From assembly GCA_027036735.1 (NCBI GenBank), contig JALWDU010000017.1, positions 1 to 52,254 on the forward strand: a stretch of 52,254 nucleotides of DNA, read 5' to 3'. Under the pieces are notes generated by a model, which saw nothing but the letters and a program-made list of their open reading frames with translations, was not told where the DNA came from and ran no database searches. The stretch comes from Aquificales bacterium (GTDB lineage: Bacteria; Aquificota; Aquificia; Aquificales; QOAS01). Below are positions 1-10,121 of this stretch, piece after piece (the first letter of the stretch is position 1; each line of letters begins with the position of its first letter). A program made the position numbers and the translations under genes.

Positions 1-221
1 AGCTGTTTCCTAATCTCGCGGACGTTTATCCTCTTCCTCGCACCCCTGGTTTTGACCGCGTAAATCCTATCCCTCGTGGGGATACCCGCCTGGTTTAGCC
101 AGAGCCTTACAGCCTCACGGGATACGCCAAAAATCTTGGCAATAAGTTCCATAGAATACCGTTTTTGGTTATACAGATAATCTAAAACAGCCCTTCCGGG
201 GAAGCGGCTTCTCCTAGCCAT
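1..221 (-). CDS. Partial helix-turn-helix DNA-binding protein (3' end runs off window)
   Basis: Not in ORF track. ATG at 221 with GGAGG upstream; translates MARRSRFPGRAVLDYLYNQKRYSMELIAKIFGVSREAVRLWLNQAGIPTR..., an HTH-like pattern, open to the window edge. Confidence 0.6.
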   Translation of the reverse strand, partial: MARRSRFPGRAVLDYLYNQKRYSMELIAKIFGVSREAVRLWLNQAGIPTRDRIYAVKTRGARKRINVREIRKQ

Positions 222-352
222 CTCCTACCACCTCCTTCGTTTTTTTATCAATTTAAAAACTTAATCCACTTGTAAAAACAAAACTATGTTTGTCGGCATA
301 TGGGTTAAATCACCCTTATTCGGTTAACATTTTAATAAGGCAAAGGTAATAT

Positions 353-745
353 TTAAAAATTCCTATATAGCAGTATTACGGGTATTAGGCTTTCGCAGTC
401 CTGCTTGAAGCCCACCGTTCCTATATGCTCCCCGTTTTCACCGTAGAAGGAGAAGTATCTAAAGGGTTCCTCCATCCCCATGGCGGAGGCTACGAGTTCC
501 TTCCAAACGGTGTGTATATCCTCGTCGTAGTAGTCCTCTATGGGTTTTTGAAGTTCAAAGGATACCACCTCTTGGGGGGAAAAGGTTATCTCTATCCTCC
601 TACCCTCGGCGGTGAAGTCCTGGGCGGAGGCATACCTCTCGAAGAGTTCCCTTAACCTATCGGTGTCCCCTTTGAGGTATATGCGGTGTTCTATACCAAA
701 CTTTTCGCGGTTGGGAACGACCTTAACCTCTTTAACCTCGAACAT
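353..745 (-). CDS. Hypothetical protein (130 aa)
   Basis: ORF with host-like amino acid composition; ATG at 745 (MFEVKEVKV) preferred over the track start at 799; no recognisable motif. Confidence 0.55.
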   Translation of the reverse strand: MFEVKEVKVVPNREKFGIEHRIYLKGDTDRLRELFERYASAQDFTAEGRRIEITFSPQEVVSFELQKPIEDYYDEDIHTVWKELVASAMGMEEPFRYFSFYGENGEHIGTVGFKQDCESLIPVILLYRNF

Positions 746-856
746 GTATATTTTGCAAATTATTTGCAACAACCCCGGGTGGGGAATGAGGAAAGTCAAC
801 CTTTGGGAGAAGTGTGGGAAGAAGAAAACCCAATAAAGGGAAGGAAAAAGGGTTTC

Positions 857-1501
857 TCACTTTTTAAGAAGATTAACCGCAAACTCCTTGTTGTTGTAAA
901 GCTCTATCGAATAGTTGTCCCAAAAAACGCAGGTTCCAATAACGATGAACTCACCACCGGAAGGGTGCTTGTAAACCGCTCCCAAAACGGGTTTGAAACC
1001 CTTGTTGGACTTTGCGGTTTCTTCGCCTTCGATAACCACCTCGGTGTTTTCGCCCTCGAGGCTTACGGAGGGGGTGCAGGCGAGCATCAACTTTTCCACA
1101 CCGTCGTTGTATTGGTAAACTTTCGAGGTAACGACAAAGTAGGCATCCCCTTTGTGGTTGTTAACCTCATCGGTAACCTCGTCGGGGTTCATCCTCAAAC
1201 CAAAGGCGGTGGCGAGGGTGTTAACGGTGTCGGCGATATTGTCCTCGTTTTTGTAATACCCGAGGATTATCACCCTCTTGCCGCTTTCGACGAGTTTCTT
1301 AACGTCCTCAACCTCTTTTTCGTTAAAGGGTATTTCGGGGTAGTTAAAGACTATAACGTCGTATTCGGGGAGTTTAGACCAATCGGTAACCTCGTCGACC
1401 TCTATGCCGTTTTCCTTGCAAACCTTCTGCAGGATAGAAAAGTAGTAGTAGTCGGTAATGGTAAACTCCTGGTGGGTGTAATCCCATGCAACTCTTGTCA
1501 T
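857..1501 (-). CDS. GldG/IFT52 (GIFT, DUF4350-like) class I glutamine amidotransferase-like domain protein
   Basis: YDVIVFNYPEIPF..EVEDVKKLVESGKRVIILG, N.LATAFGL, and C-terminal FWDNYSIELYNNKEFAVNLL match the GIFT pattern; AGGAGG SD before ATG 1501. Confidence 0.6.
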   Translation of the reverse strand: MTRVAWDYTHQEFTITDYYYFSILQKVCKENGIEVDEVTDWSKLPEYDVIVFNYPEIPFNEKEVEDVKKLVESGKRVIILGYYKNEDNIADTVNTLATAFGLRMNPDEVTDEVNNHKGDAYFVVTSKVYQYNDGVEKLMLACTPSVSLEGENTEVVIEGEETAKSNKGFKPVLGAVYKHPSGGEFIVIGTCVFWDNYSIELYNNKEFAVNLLKK

Positions 1502-1596
1502 TTCCAACCTCCTTTTAAGGGTTTTATAGGGTTAAAAACCTCTGAAGGGTTTTTGAGGAATAAAGGAACCTTTAAAGGGATAGAAGATAGCAAACC

Positions 1597-2154
1597 TCAA
1601 ACGGTCATGATTTCCTTCTCTTTAGCCTCTACGAGTTCGTTAACCATCTGAACGTATTTGTCGGTGAGTTTTTGAAGGCGGTCGAGAAGCCTCCTAATTT
1701 CGTCCTCGCTAACGCCCTCGAGGTCTTCGAGCTTGTCCTTAGCCTCGCGGCGGACGTTTCTTATGGCGACCCTAGCCTCTTCCGCCAGGCGGTGGAGTAG
1801 TCTGACGAGCTCCTTCCTCCTCTCCTCGGTTAGAGGGGGGAGGGTTATCCTGATGATATTGCCCTGCACGGTGGGGTTGAGATTTAAAAATTCCCTAATA
1901 GCCTTCTCTATTTCGGGGACGGCGTTTTGGTCCCAAGGCTGTATCACTATCTGGTTGGGTTCGGGAACCATAACGCTGGCAATCTGTTTAATCGGCATCT
2001 TGGAGCCGTAATATTCGACCTTGATATCCTCGACCAATTTGGTGGAAGCCCTTCCGGTTCTAAAACCGGCTATCTCGTTTTTGAAGTATTCGACCGCCTT
2101 TTTCATGGATATTTCGGCTCCCTTGAATATCGCCTCAACGTCGGGTGTTGTCAT
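1597..2154 (-). CDS. frr: Ribosome recycling factor
   Basis: RTGRAS, IQPWD, PPLTEERRKELV and ARVAIRNVRR motifs; 185 aa; SD present. Confidence 0.97.
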   Translation of the reverse strand: MTTPDVEAIFKGAEISMKKAVEYFKNEIAGFRTGRASTKLVEDIKVEYYGSKMPIKQIASVMVPEPNQIVIQPWDQNAVPEIEKAIREFLNLNPTVQGNIIRITLPPLTEERRKELVRLLHRLAEEARVAIRNVRREAKDKLEDLEGVSEDEIRRLLDRLQKLTDKYVQMVNELVEAKEKEIMTV

Positions 2155-2792
2155 CTCTCAACCTCCTTGAGTGTGTGGGTTTTAAATAGCTTTACACCTA
2201 TAAATGTATAGTATGTAAGCCAAAAGGTGGCTATTACCGAAAAGAGACCCACCGTGAAGTGGATAAACTTCACCAACCCCGCCAAAAGGGTCAAAAGCAT
2301 AAAACCCCACAGTAGGAGTAAGGTTTTTATCCCCCAAGGGGTGGTGTAGAGTTCCTTTGCCCTCTTTAGGTTCTCCACAAAACCCCTCCAATCGGTGGAG
2401 GCGAAGAGGGGAATATATACCCCGTGGAGGATGAGGGATAAAACCAAAGCCCAGAAGGGGGTAAAGAGCAAGATGCCTTCCACCAAAAGGTGGAACTTGT
2501 AAATAAGGGTGTTGTAAACGATATAGGAGGCTATTCCCTCGACGAAAAAGAGGAGATAGAGAATTACCGCGGCTACAAATCCCCAACGGGCGAAGCGCTT
2601 TATATCTTCGAGTATATTTTCGATAGAGCCGTGGAGACCCACCAGGTATAGGGTGGCTATAAACCAACCGGCGATAACCCCGATAACGGGTGCGAACATG
2701 AAGAGCAGGGTATAGTTTCCGAGGATTATGAGGAATACGACGGGATTGTCGAATAGGAACTTAAAGCTCTCCTTAAAAGCCTCCTTCCACAT
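2151..2792 (-). CDS. Hypothetical multi-pass membrane protein
   Basis: Several hydrophobic segments; 4-bp overlap with frr suggests co-transcription. Confidence 0.7.
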   Translation of the reverse strand: MWKEAFKESFKFLFDNPVVFLIILGNYTLLFMFAPVIGVIAGWFIATLYLVGLHGSIENILEDIKRFARWGFVAAVILYLLFFVEGIASYIVYNTLIYKFHLLVEGILLFTPFWALVLSLILHGVYIPLFASTDWRGFVENLKRAKELYTTPWGIKTLLLLWGFMLLTLLAGLVKFIHFTVGLFSVIATFWLTYYTFIGVKLFKTHTLKEVER

Positions 2793-2838
2793 CAAGGGGA
2801 AAATTATCCCCGTAGGGGCATAAACTTTTAGAGAAGTT

Positions 2839-3717
2839 ATGAGAGCCTATCCCGAGTGCATTCCCTGTCTCGTCAAGCAGGGCTTAAACGCCGCCGAAAA
2901 GCTAAACCTCCCCAAGGAGAAACTATACGAGGTTGCGAAAGCCGGCGTTCGCTATCTGGCGCAGTTTGAGGAGTTCGACCGCTCCCCCGCCTATTACGCC
3001 TACCACATACAGAAATTTGTTAAGGAACTGACCGGTGTGGAAGACCCCTTTGGGGAGATAAAGAGAATTTCCAACCTAAAGGCGGATGAAATTTTAAACA
3101 AACTCGACGTGGAGGAGTATCTGAAGGGAGACCGATTGAGGAGGGCTTTAAAACTTTCCGCAATAGGGAATATACTCGACTTCGCTATACTCTCGGAGGA
3201 GGAAGCTTACGGGAAAATCCTCCAACTGTTGGAAAAGGATTTCGCGATAGACCACTCCGAGTGGTTCGAAAGGGAACTCGAGACCTCCGAGAGGGTCTTA
3301 ATCTTGGGCGACAACGCGGGGGAGATAGTTTTCGACAAATTCCTCGTAAAGGTCTTAAAGGAGTTGGGTAAAGAGGTGGTTTACGCCGTTAAGGGTGCGC
3401 CAATTTTGAACGACGCCACCCTCGAGGATGCGAAAATGGTTTCCCTAACCTCCCTTTGTAGGGTTATAACAAACGGCAACGACCGCGTTGGAACCGATTT
3501 GTCGGTAGCCTCGGAGGAGTTTTTAAACGAGTGGCAAAGGGCGGATTTGGTTATCTCCAAAGGTCAGGCGAATTTCGAAAGCCTAAGCGGTATTGGGGAT
3601 AAGGTTATCTACTTCCTCCTAACCGCAAAGTGCCGCCCCGTCGTTTTGGAAAGCGGCGCCTCTAAGGTGGGGGATTTGATTTTTAAAAGGAATAAACCCC
3701 TCGAGGGGGGGAATTAA
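2839..3717 (+). CDS. DUF89/ARMT1-like damage-control phosphatase
   Basis: N-terminal ECIPC, AIGNILDF, DNAGEIVFD, P(I)LNDAT, SKGQANFESL and LTAKC motifs. Confidence 0.92.
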   Translation: MRAYPECIPCLVKQGLNAAEKLNLPKEKLYEVAKAGVRYLAQFEEFDRSPAYYAYHIQKFVKELTGVEDPFGEIKRISNLKADEILNKLDVEEYLKGDRLRRALKLSAIGNILDFAILSEEEAYGKILQLLEKDFAIDHSEWFERELETSERVLILGDNAGEIVFDKFLVKVLKELGKEVVYAVKGAPILNDATLEDAKMVSLTSLCRVITNGNDRVGTDLSVASEEFLNEWQRADLVISKGQANFESLSGIGDKVIYFLLTAKCRPVVLESGASKVGDLIFKRNKPLEGGN

Positions 3718-6700
3718 ATTAAACCCAATTTCTTTTTCATTTCATCGTCATAAATGGCTTTATCCCAATTTTGGGCTTTCTTTATCTCTTCGGGGTCAAA
3801 GATTGCACCGTGGAGGTCGGCTCCTTCGAGATTTGCATTTTCAAGGTCAACTTCAGTTAGATTAGCCATATTTAAATTGGCACCTTCCAAATGAGCTTCT
3901 CTCAAATTAGCTTTGGTTAAATTTGCCCCTTTTAAACAAGCATTTTCCAAAAAAGCCATCCATAAATTAGCATTTATTAAATTTGCATTTGCTAAAATGC
4001 AATGTCTTAAATTTGCTAGCATTAGATTTGCTCCTGTTAAAAGACCTTCTGATATATCAGACTTATATAAATCAGCCATTAATAAGTTTGCTCCCCGTAA
4101 ATTAATTTGCTTTAGTCTGGAATACATTAAAGTAGCTCCTGATATTTCAGCTTTTTCTAAAAAAGCTTTCTCTAAATTGGTTTCTACCAAGTAAGCATCT
4201 CTTAAATTTACCTCTTTTAAGTTTGCTTCAAACAATTTAGTTTTGAATAAAGTAGCTTTTTCTAAATTAGCTTGTTCTAAACAAGCTTTTGTTAGATTGG
4301 TATAGCTTAAATCGGTTTTACTTAAATTAATTCCCACAAAATTTATTTTTTTTAAATTTAAAAATTTCAACGGAAATTCTTCTATAAAAGTATCTTCACA
4401 ACTCTGGATAAATTTAACCATACAAACAAATCTATTTTTGGTTTCTAAATCCCTAAACTTAACAGGTGTTACTTTATTGGTGAAAATCCAAAAATTTCCG
4501 AAACACCAAAGAGCTTTTTTGAAAATATCTTTAAAAATATCTTCGTCATCATTGTTGCTATTTTTGCCTTTATTTTCATTAATATTAACATCTATAAAAG
4601 TAAAATTTTTTCTTAGTAACTTAGGAAACAGTTCTTCTATTTTCTCCTTAAATTTCCGTTGTTTATCCTTATCTCTTCCCCTATGAAGGTCTATTAACTC
4701 CTCCAAATATTGTCTAATTTCTTTTGTCATCTTTCGGTGGGAAAAGGTATTCCAGATAATCCTTTCAGCCTCTTTTTCATCTTCGGGTAAATTCATCATT
4801 TTGTAGTAGATGTATTCGGCGGTTAAATACTCCTGAAAGGATTTGTGAAGAAATTCAACCTCGTAGTTGTGTTCTCTAAAGTAGAAGCCTACAAGGATAT
4901 CCGTAAAAATATCTAATTCTATTCTTTCTTCTTTTTGCTTATTATCATTATCTTTAGTTTCCCTCTTATTACCTTCCATTTTAACTTTATTTTTTATTAT
5001 TTGAAATATCTCTTGAAAACCTTTGAGTTGTTTTATATCTTCTTTGTTAGCAACAAGACTTCCCTTCTTAAATTCCATCAAAAATGCAAGTTCCCTTAAA
5101 AAGTCGGGATATTTATCCCTTATTTCAAAAGGTAAAGGGTTATTTCCCATATCCCAAACGCGGTTTAGTAGTTTGTTAAATACTCTTTCATAGAATTGCG
5201 TCCTCGAAGTGGTTTCCTTTAATAAAGGGCACTTTTTTTTAGTCTCTATTAAACATTCATAAACCAACAAAAAGAGGATTATAGGTTGGTTTATTAACTC
5301 TCTAAGGTGGCATCTGTTATCCCTAAAAATCTCATCAAAAAACCAGTCATCTTCGGGTTCTTCATATTCCAAAAGGAGTTTTATTAAATCTTCCTTTATA
5401 GATTCTAACTTTCCCTTAAACTTTTGTAAGTTTTCCAAATTTAATTTCTCCAAAGCCCTTTCAAAGTTATTGAGATATTGGGTTATATCCTCCTCATCGA
5501 ATTCTCTAAGCTCCAAAACCAAGGTTTGGAAATCTATGGCGGCTTTGTTTAAAACGTCGGTAGGAATATAACGGGAAGTAATCAATATTAGGGTATTATC
5601 CTCGTCGCTCACGGCATCGTAGAACTTACCAAGCAATTCTTTTATTTCTTCATTTGTAAAGTTTCGAGGAACGACGTATTCATCCAACCCGTCGAGGATT
5701 AAAAATTTTCCCTCCCACGATTTGATTTCTATTCCATACTTCCTTTTGATGTGATTGTTTATGACCTCATAGGGATTTTCAAGGAGTTTTCCATCTTTGG
5801 TTTCTTTGATATCTCTATACCTTATAAGGAAGGCTTGTTGGGAAATATTCAACTTATTGTTTACATAGTCGTAAATCAATTTTTTGGTGAAGGAAGTCTT
5901 ACCCTCTCCGGGATAGCCCAAAAGTAGAACCATTTTTGGTGAAGGTGGTTTTAAAAACTCGAAAGGATTTTTACCCCTTAACAGGTCAGGGATAAATTCG
6001 GTTAACCTAACCTTTCTGGGGGGATAAAAGTAAAAATTACCCCTCTTTCCGCCTATTCTGTCGTTTTTTCTGCATCTTATGGGGTTCTCTTTTTTAAGAC
6101 CCTTTTCCTTAAAAAGGAGATTTCTCTCGTAAATCCTAAAGGAGGGTTCGACATACAAATCCTTTAAAGGGATTTTAAAAACTTTTTCGTTTTTCAAAAT
6201 GGGGTCTTCGAATTCCTTTGCGAACTCGTAAAGTTTCCTTTTATATTTGTAAACCGAGGAGTAGCGGCTTTCTTCTTCTATCCACTTCTTTAGTTGAGAT
6301 ACCCCTTTATCCTCATCGCTTTTTTCCAAGTCCAGTATTCGGTAGAAATGGTTTTCCGCTAAACGGACGGTATCCCCGAATATACGTTCCTCATTTTTTG
6401 TAATAACCTTTTCAAGTTCTTTATTTCGGTTTTCGTCGCTTAGCAAAATCCGCTTGTAGTATTCCCATATTTGGCTTAGAACCTCATTTTGTGGAAAATT
6501 TTTGAAATCGAACTCCTCAAGTTTCGGATTTGTCCCTTCCAATTGGAGGAGTTTTTTCACAATTTCTTCATTCCCGTGAATGTTTTTTATTCCGTATCCC
6601 CTTAAGGTTTCCACGAAAGCGGTAAAAAAGGCGGTGGATAGAATGGTTTTAAAAACCTCTTCCGGTGTGGAATTTTTCCAATTGCTGTAAACCTCTGCAA

Positions 6701-6800
6701 ATATTTTCTTTATCCCCTCCGATGTCAGATTGATAAAAACACCTTTTGCCACTTCTACCACGAAAGGAAAAAGCGAAGATGTTAGAAAAGCCTCCAACAT
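3714..6800 (-). CDS. NACHT (STAND) NTPase with N-terminal helical region and about 37 C-terminal pentapeptide repeats
   Basis: DLYVEP pre-P-loop, Walker A GYPGEGKT, Walker B LILDGLDE, LITSR, FLHKSFQEYLTAEY; A(D/N)LxxA-type repeats over about 186 aa; AT-rich relative to flanks. Confidence 0.9.
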   Translation of the reverse strand: MLEAFLTSSLFPFVVEVAKGVFINLTSEGIKKIFAEVYSNWKNSTPEEVFKTILSTAFFTAFVETLRGYGIKNIHGNEEIVKKLLQLEGTNPKLEEFDFKNFPQNEVLSQIWEYYKRILLSDENRNKELEKVITKNEERIFGDTVRLAENHFYRILDLEKSDEDKGVSQLKKWIEEESRYSSVYKYKRKLYEFAKEFEDPILKNEKVFKIPLKDLYVEPSFRIYERNLLFKEKGLKKENPIRCRKNDRIGGKRGNFYFYPPRKVRLTEFIPDLLRGKNPFEFLKPPSPKMVLLLGYPGEGKTSFTKKLIYDYVNNKLNISQQAFLIRYRDIKETKDGKLLENPYEVINNHIKRKYGIEIKSWEGKFLILDGLDEYVVPRNFTNEEIKELLGKFYDAVSDEDNTLILITSRYIPTDVLNKAAIDFQTLVLELREFDEEDITQYLNNFERALEKLNLENLQKFKGKLESIKEDLIKLLLEYEEPEDDWFFDEIFRDNRCHLRELINQPIILFLLVYECLIETKKKCPLLKETTSRTQFYERVFNKLLNRVWDMGNNPLPFEIRDKYPDFLRELAFLMEFKKGSLVANKEDIKQLKGFQEIFQIIKNKVKMEGNKRETKDNDNKQKEERIELDIFTDILVGFYFREHNYEVEFLHKSFQEYLTAEYIYYKMMNLPEDEKEAERIIWNTFSHRKMTKEIRQYLEELIDLHRGRDKDKQRKFKEKIEELFPKLLRKNFTFIDVNINENKGKNSNNDDEDIFKDIFKKALWCFGNFWIFTNKVTPVKFRDLETKNRFVCMVKFIQSCEDTFIEEFPLKFLNLKKINFVGINLSKTDLSYTNLTKACLEQANLEKATLFKTKLFEANLKEVNLRDAYLVETNLEKAFLEKAEISGATLMYSRLKQINLRGANLLMADLYKSDISEGLLTGANLMLANLRHCILANANLINANLWMAFLENACLKGANLTKANLREAHLEGANLNMANLTEVDLENANLEGADLHGAIFDPEEIKKAQNWDKAIYDDEMKKKLGLI
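3729..3830. repeat. 102-bp block shared with 14063-14164 (NACHT 3' tail, copy 1)
   Basis: Manual alignment shows 5 mismatches in 102 bp; encodes LEGADLxGAIFDPEEIKKAxNWDKAIYDDEMKKK. Confidence 0.95.
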
Positions 6801-7022
6801 TTGTAGTTATTATTATCCACCTACCTCAAATGGTGTTTTGGATTATCAAACAATACACGCGGAAGGTGGAAAAAATAGACCTCTAAATGGAAAAATATTT
6901 TTGTATTTCACAACTCAAGTTTTATCTTTCCCTCCACATATTGGCGGATTAGCGAGGATATTTTCCGTTTCCAATCCAGCCCTTTGCGTGGGGGGGTTAA
7001 ATATTCCTTCCTTATAGTGGAG

Positions 7023-7985
7023 ATGGATATCCTCCAAACCGCAAGGGAAGTTATAGATACCGAAATCCAACAGTTGGAAAAGTTGAAGAATTGTCTCGAC
7101 GGGGAATTTGTCAAGGCGGTAAACCTCTTAAAGGAATGCAGGGGAAAGGTTGTCGTTACCGGAATGGGTAAGTCGGGTCTTATAGGAAAAAAGATAGCGG
7201 CGACGCTCGCCTCCACGGGAACGCCCGCCTTCTTCCTCCATCCCGCCGAGGCGCTTCACGGGGATTTGGGAATGGTCTCAAAGGGGGACGTGGTGATAGC
7301 GATTTCCAACAGCGGTCAGAGTTCCGAGGTGCTGGCGCTTATCCCCTATTTCAAAAGGCTCGGTATTCCGATAATAGCGGTAACAAATAATCCAAACTCG
7401 GAACTGGCAAAAAGGTCGGATGCGGTTTTAAAGCTCTGCGTTGAGAAGGAGGCTTGCCCCCTCAATCTCGCCCCCACCTCTTCGACGACCAACACCCTCG
7501 TTTTGGGCGATGCCCTCGCGGTGGTTCTGATGAAGCTAAAGGGCTTTACCGCGAGGGATTTCGGTCTCCGTCACCCCGCCGGGTCTTTGGGTAGGAAACT
7601 TAAGACGGTCGGCGATTTGGGACATTTCAACCCCGACGAGGTGCCCATCGTTCACGAGAATACCCCGATGAGGGAAGTGGTTTTGGAGATTTCCCGCAAG
7701 GGGTTCGGTGCAACCGCCGTTGTGAACGACGAGGGAAAACTGGTGGGAATTATCACCGACGGGGATTTGAGGAGATTCGTCCAAAGGGGGGGAGATTTCA
7801 ACAGAGACCTCGCAAGGGATGTTATGACGAAAAACCCCAAAACCGCAAAGGTGGACGAACTGGCTATGGAAGCCCTAAAGAGGATGGAAGACCACAAGAT
7901 AACCGTCCTCATAGTGGTCGATGAGGAAAACCGCCCGATAGGGATAATCCATATCCACGACATCATGAGGGGGGAGGTAGCCTAA
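7023..7985 (+). CDS. kdsD: Arabinose-5-phosphate isomerase (KpsF/GutQ, SIS + CBS)
   Basis: [40 protein letters not shown] and C-terminal CBS pair. Confidence 0.95.
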   Translation: MDILQTAREVIDTEIQQLEKLKNCLDGEFVKAVNLLKECRGKVVVTGMGKSGLIGKKIAATLASTGTPAFFLHPAEALHGDLGMVSKGDVVIAISNSGQSSEVLALIPYFKRLGIPIIAVTNNPNSELAKRSDAVLKLCVEKEACPLNLAPTSSTTNTLVLGDALAVVLMKLKGFTARDFGLRHPAGSLGRKLKTVGDLGHFNPDEVPIVHENTPMREVVLEISRKGFGATAVVNDEGKLVGIITDGDLRRFVQRGGDFNRDLARDVMTKNPKTAKVDELAMEALKRMEDHKITVLIVVDEENRPIGIIHIHDIMRGEVA

Positions 7986-8034
7986 AGCCCTCCCCTTGGC
8001 GGTTCGGCGGAAAATTCCCTTCCTTGGAAGGGGT

Positions 8035-8562
8035 TTAATTTCCCCCTTTGGGGACGTAAAAGTAAATATCCACCCCGTAGGCTTTTATATCGACCAAAGA
8101 ACCCCTATAGGAGACCTCAAAACAACCGCTTTGGTCGCAGATTTCGGCTTTTAGAGGTCTTAAAAACCTATCGGTGTAGAGCTCAACCCTTACACTCCCC
8201 TTGCGGGTCTCTATTTCGTATCCGTTGTCCATCTTTAGGACTGTATAGTTGGGAAAGACCAACCGGTGTTTGAGTATCCTCCAAAGCTCCAAGGGGAGGG
8301 TAAGTTTTCGACTTCCAAATCCCAAAGTACGGTTTTTGTAGTAAACAAATCCCGCGTAGAGGAGGGGAAAGACAACCCTATCCCCCTTGGGGTAATACTT
8401 GAAGGGAATACCCCCGTCGGTTCCAAAAAGTATCCTTCCCACAAAGGGTTTTGGAATGTTGTCAGCCCTCAAGGTGGGTGGAATCTGAACCTTCGTTCCA
8501 CCCCTTGGGGTGCAGGAAAAGAGTAAAACCGCCAAGAGGAGTAATAAGCTTAAAACCCTCAC
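8035..8562 (-). CDS. Hypothetical lipoprotein
   Basis: Lipobox-like LLLLAVLLFSC at the N-terminus; overlaps proB stop. Confidence 0.7.
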   Translation of the reverse strand: MRVLSLLLLLAVLLFSCTPRGGTKVQIPPTLRADNIPKPFVGRILFGTDGGIPFKYYPKGDRVVFPLLYAGFVYYKNRTLGFGSRKLTLPLELWRILKHRLVFPNYTVLKMDNGYEIETRKGSVRVELYTDRFLRPLKAEICDQSGCFEVSYRGSLVDIKAYGVDIYFYVPKGGN

Positions 8563-9638
8563 AGGAGGATAAGATTATCGCGGTGGACTACCTCCGAAGG
8601 TCGGTCGGGAAAGAGCTTTTTTATCTCCTCGGTGGTTTTTCCCACTATTTTCCTTAGTTCGGAGGAGGAGAAGTTTACCCTCCCTTTGGCGACCGGTGTT
8701 CCGTCCTCCGAAAGTATCGAGACGGTATCCCCCCTCTCGAAGTGTCCCTCAACCCTTTTCACCCCCACGGCGAGGAGGCTTTTACCCCTCCGAAGAGCCT
8801 TTTCGGCACCGCGGTCGATGTGCAGTATGCCCTTAGGCTGTTCTATGTAGGCGATTAGCTTCTTCCTACCCCTAACCGGGTGGGGTGAGGGTTTTATTAA
8901 AGTCCCCTCGAAGGGTTTCCCCTTTAAAACGTCCTCCAAAGGGGTATGCTTTCCCACTATCGCCAGCGGTATGCCGAGCGAGTGAATTATCTTTGCCGCC
9001 TCCAGCTTCGATTTCATACCGCCCGAACCGTATTCGCTCTTTGTGGTCTTGGCAAACTTCAAAACCTCGTCGGGTGAAGAAACTTCCCTTATTAGTTCAC
9101 TCCCCGCTTCGCGGGGGTCTCCCGTATAGATACCGCCCGCCGTGGAAACGATAACCACGAATTTGGGGTTTAGCATCACCGCCAGATGGGCGGCTAAAAA
9201 GTCGTTGTCCCCGAAAATGAGCTCCTCGACCGCTATGGCGTCGTTTTCGTTCACGATTGGAATAATGCCCCACCGCAGCAGTTGGGAAAAGGTATTTTTG
9301 GCGTTCTCGTAGCGCTCGCGGTTTTTGAACACGTCGGCGTTTAGGAGCACCTGGCTGACCTTAAGCCCGTAGTTTCCGAAAATGGTGTCGTAGATGTGCA
9401 TCAGATACGCCTGACCCACCGAGGCGAGCGCCTGCTTCTCCACGAGGGATTTGGGTTTTCTGCCCAAGCCGAGTTTCTTTATACCCGCCAAAACCGCGCC
9501 GGAGGAGACCAAAACGAATTTAAAACCCTCCTTTCGGAGCCTCTTTATCCTCTCCGCCAGGGAAGATATAAACGCCAAATCCAAGTCCCCTTCGGGGGTT
9601 TGGAGGAGGTTGGAACCCACCTTTAGGAGGACGAGCAT
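8559..9638 (-). CDS. proB: Glutamate 5-kinase with PUA domain
   Basis: LKVGS, VSSGAV, ASVGQ, PIVNENDA, FGDNDFLAA, GSGGMKSK and PUA SLLAVGV..VEGHF.RGD. Confidence 0.97.
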   Translation of the reverse strand: MLVLLKVGSNLLQTPEGDLDLAFISSLAERIKRLRKEGFKFVLVSSGAVLAGIKKLGLGRKPKSLVEKQALASVGQAYLMHIYDTIFGNYGLKVSQVLLNADVFKNRERYENAKNTFSQLLRWGIIPIVNENDAIAVEELIFGDNDFLAAHLAVMLNPKFVVIVSTAGGIYTGDPREAGSELIREVSSPDEVLKFAKTTKSEYGSGGMKSKLEAAKIIHSLGIPLAIVGKHTPLEDVLKGKPFEGTLIKPSPHPVRGRKKLIAYIEQPKGILHIDRGAEKALRRGKSLLAVGVKRVEGHFERGDTVSILSEDGTPVAKGRVNFSSSELRKIVGKTTEEIKKLFPDRPSEVVHRDNLILL

Positions 9639-9639
9639 T

Positions 9640-9849
9640 TCACCCTTCCCGCGTAGGGATGTATTTCCAACCTATATAGCCCACAACGGGGGCGGTTACC
9701 AGGAGGGCGAGAACAAATGCCCCTTTGGGGAAGATGTATTCGAATGTAGACCACATGTAGAGGAAAAAGAGGTATACGAAATATGCGGTCAGCAACCACC
9801 CGAGGGCGGCGGAAAAGACCTTCCAGGCTAGCTTGAACCTCTCGAACAT
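9640..9849 (-). CDS. Small two-TM membrane protein
   Basis: 69 aa with two hydrophobic stretches, tightly packed between purS and proB on the same strand. Confidence 0.65.
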   Translation of the reverse strand: MFERFKLAWKVFSAALGWLLTAYFVYLFFLYMWSTFEYIFPKGAFVLALLVTAPVVGYIGWKYIPTREG

Positions 9850-9850
9850 C

Positions 9851-10072
9851 TTATCCCCTTTCGACGGTGTAATCCTCTATTAGGTCGTTTACCAACACCT
9901 TTTTTGCTATTTCGTGAACCTGCTCCTCGCTTTCCGCCTCGAGGAGGACTACCTTTCCGACCCTCACGTTGGAAACACCCTTATAACCCTTCTCCTGAAG
10001 GAGTTCCTCCACAGCCCTACCTTGGGGGTCGAGCAATCCCTTTTTGGGGGTTATCAAGACCTTAAAGAGCAT
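9851..10072 (-). CDS. purS: Phosphoribosylformylglycinamidine synthase subunit PurS
   Basis: PKKGLLDPQGRAV, VRVGK and LVNDLIEDY motifs; ATG at 10072. Confidence 0.93.
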   Translation of the reverse strand: MLFKVLITPKKGLLDPQGRAVEELLQEKGYKGVSNVRVGKVVLLEAESEEQVHEIAKKVLVNDLIEDYTVERG

Positions 10073-10121
10073 AGGTTTAGATTTTACCAACCGCCCGGAG
10101 GGGAATATTTTTATATCCCCC

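Noticed and set aside
686-1651. Long antisense or shadow ORFs in the track (e.g. 686-1651 +, 10253-10891 -, 11071-11628 -, 11805-12338 -, 31487-32011 +)
   Set aside because: They lie opposite well-supported genes, have atypical composition and carry no motifs.
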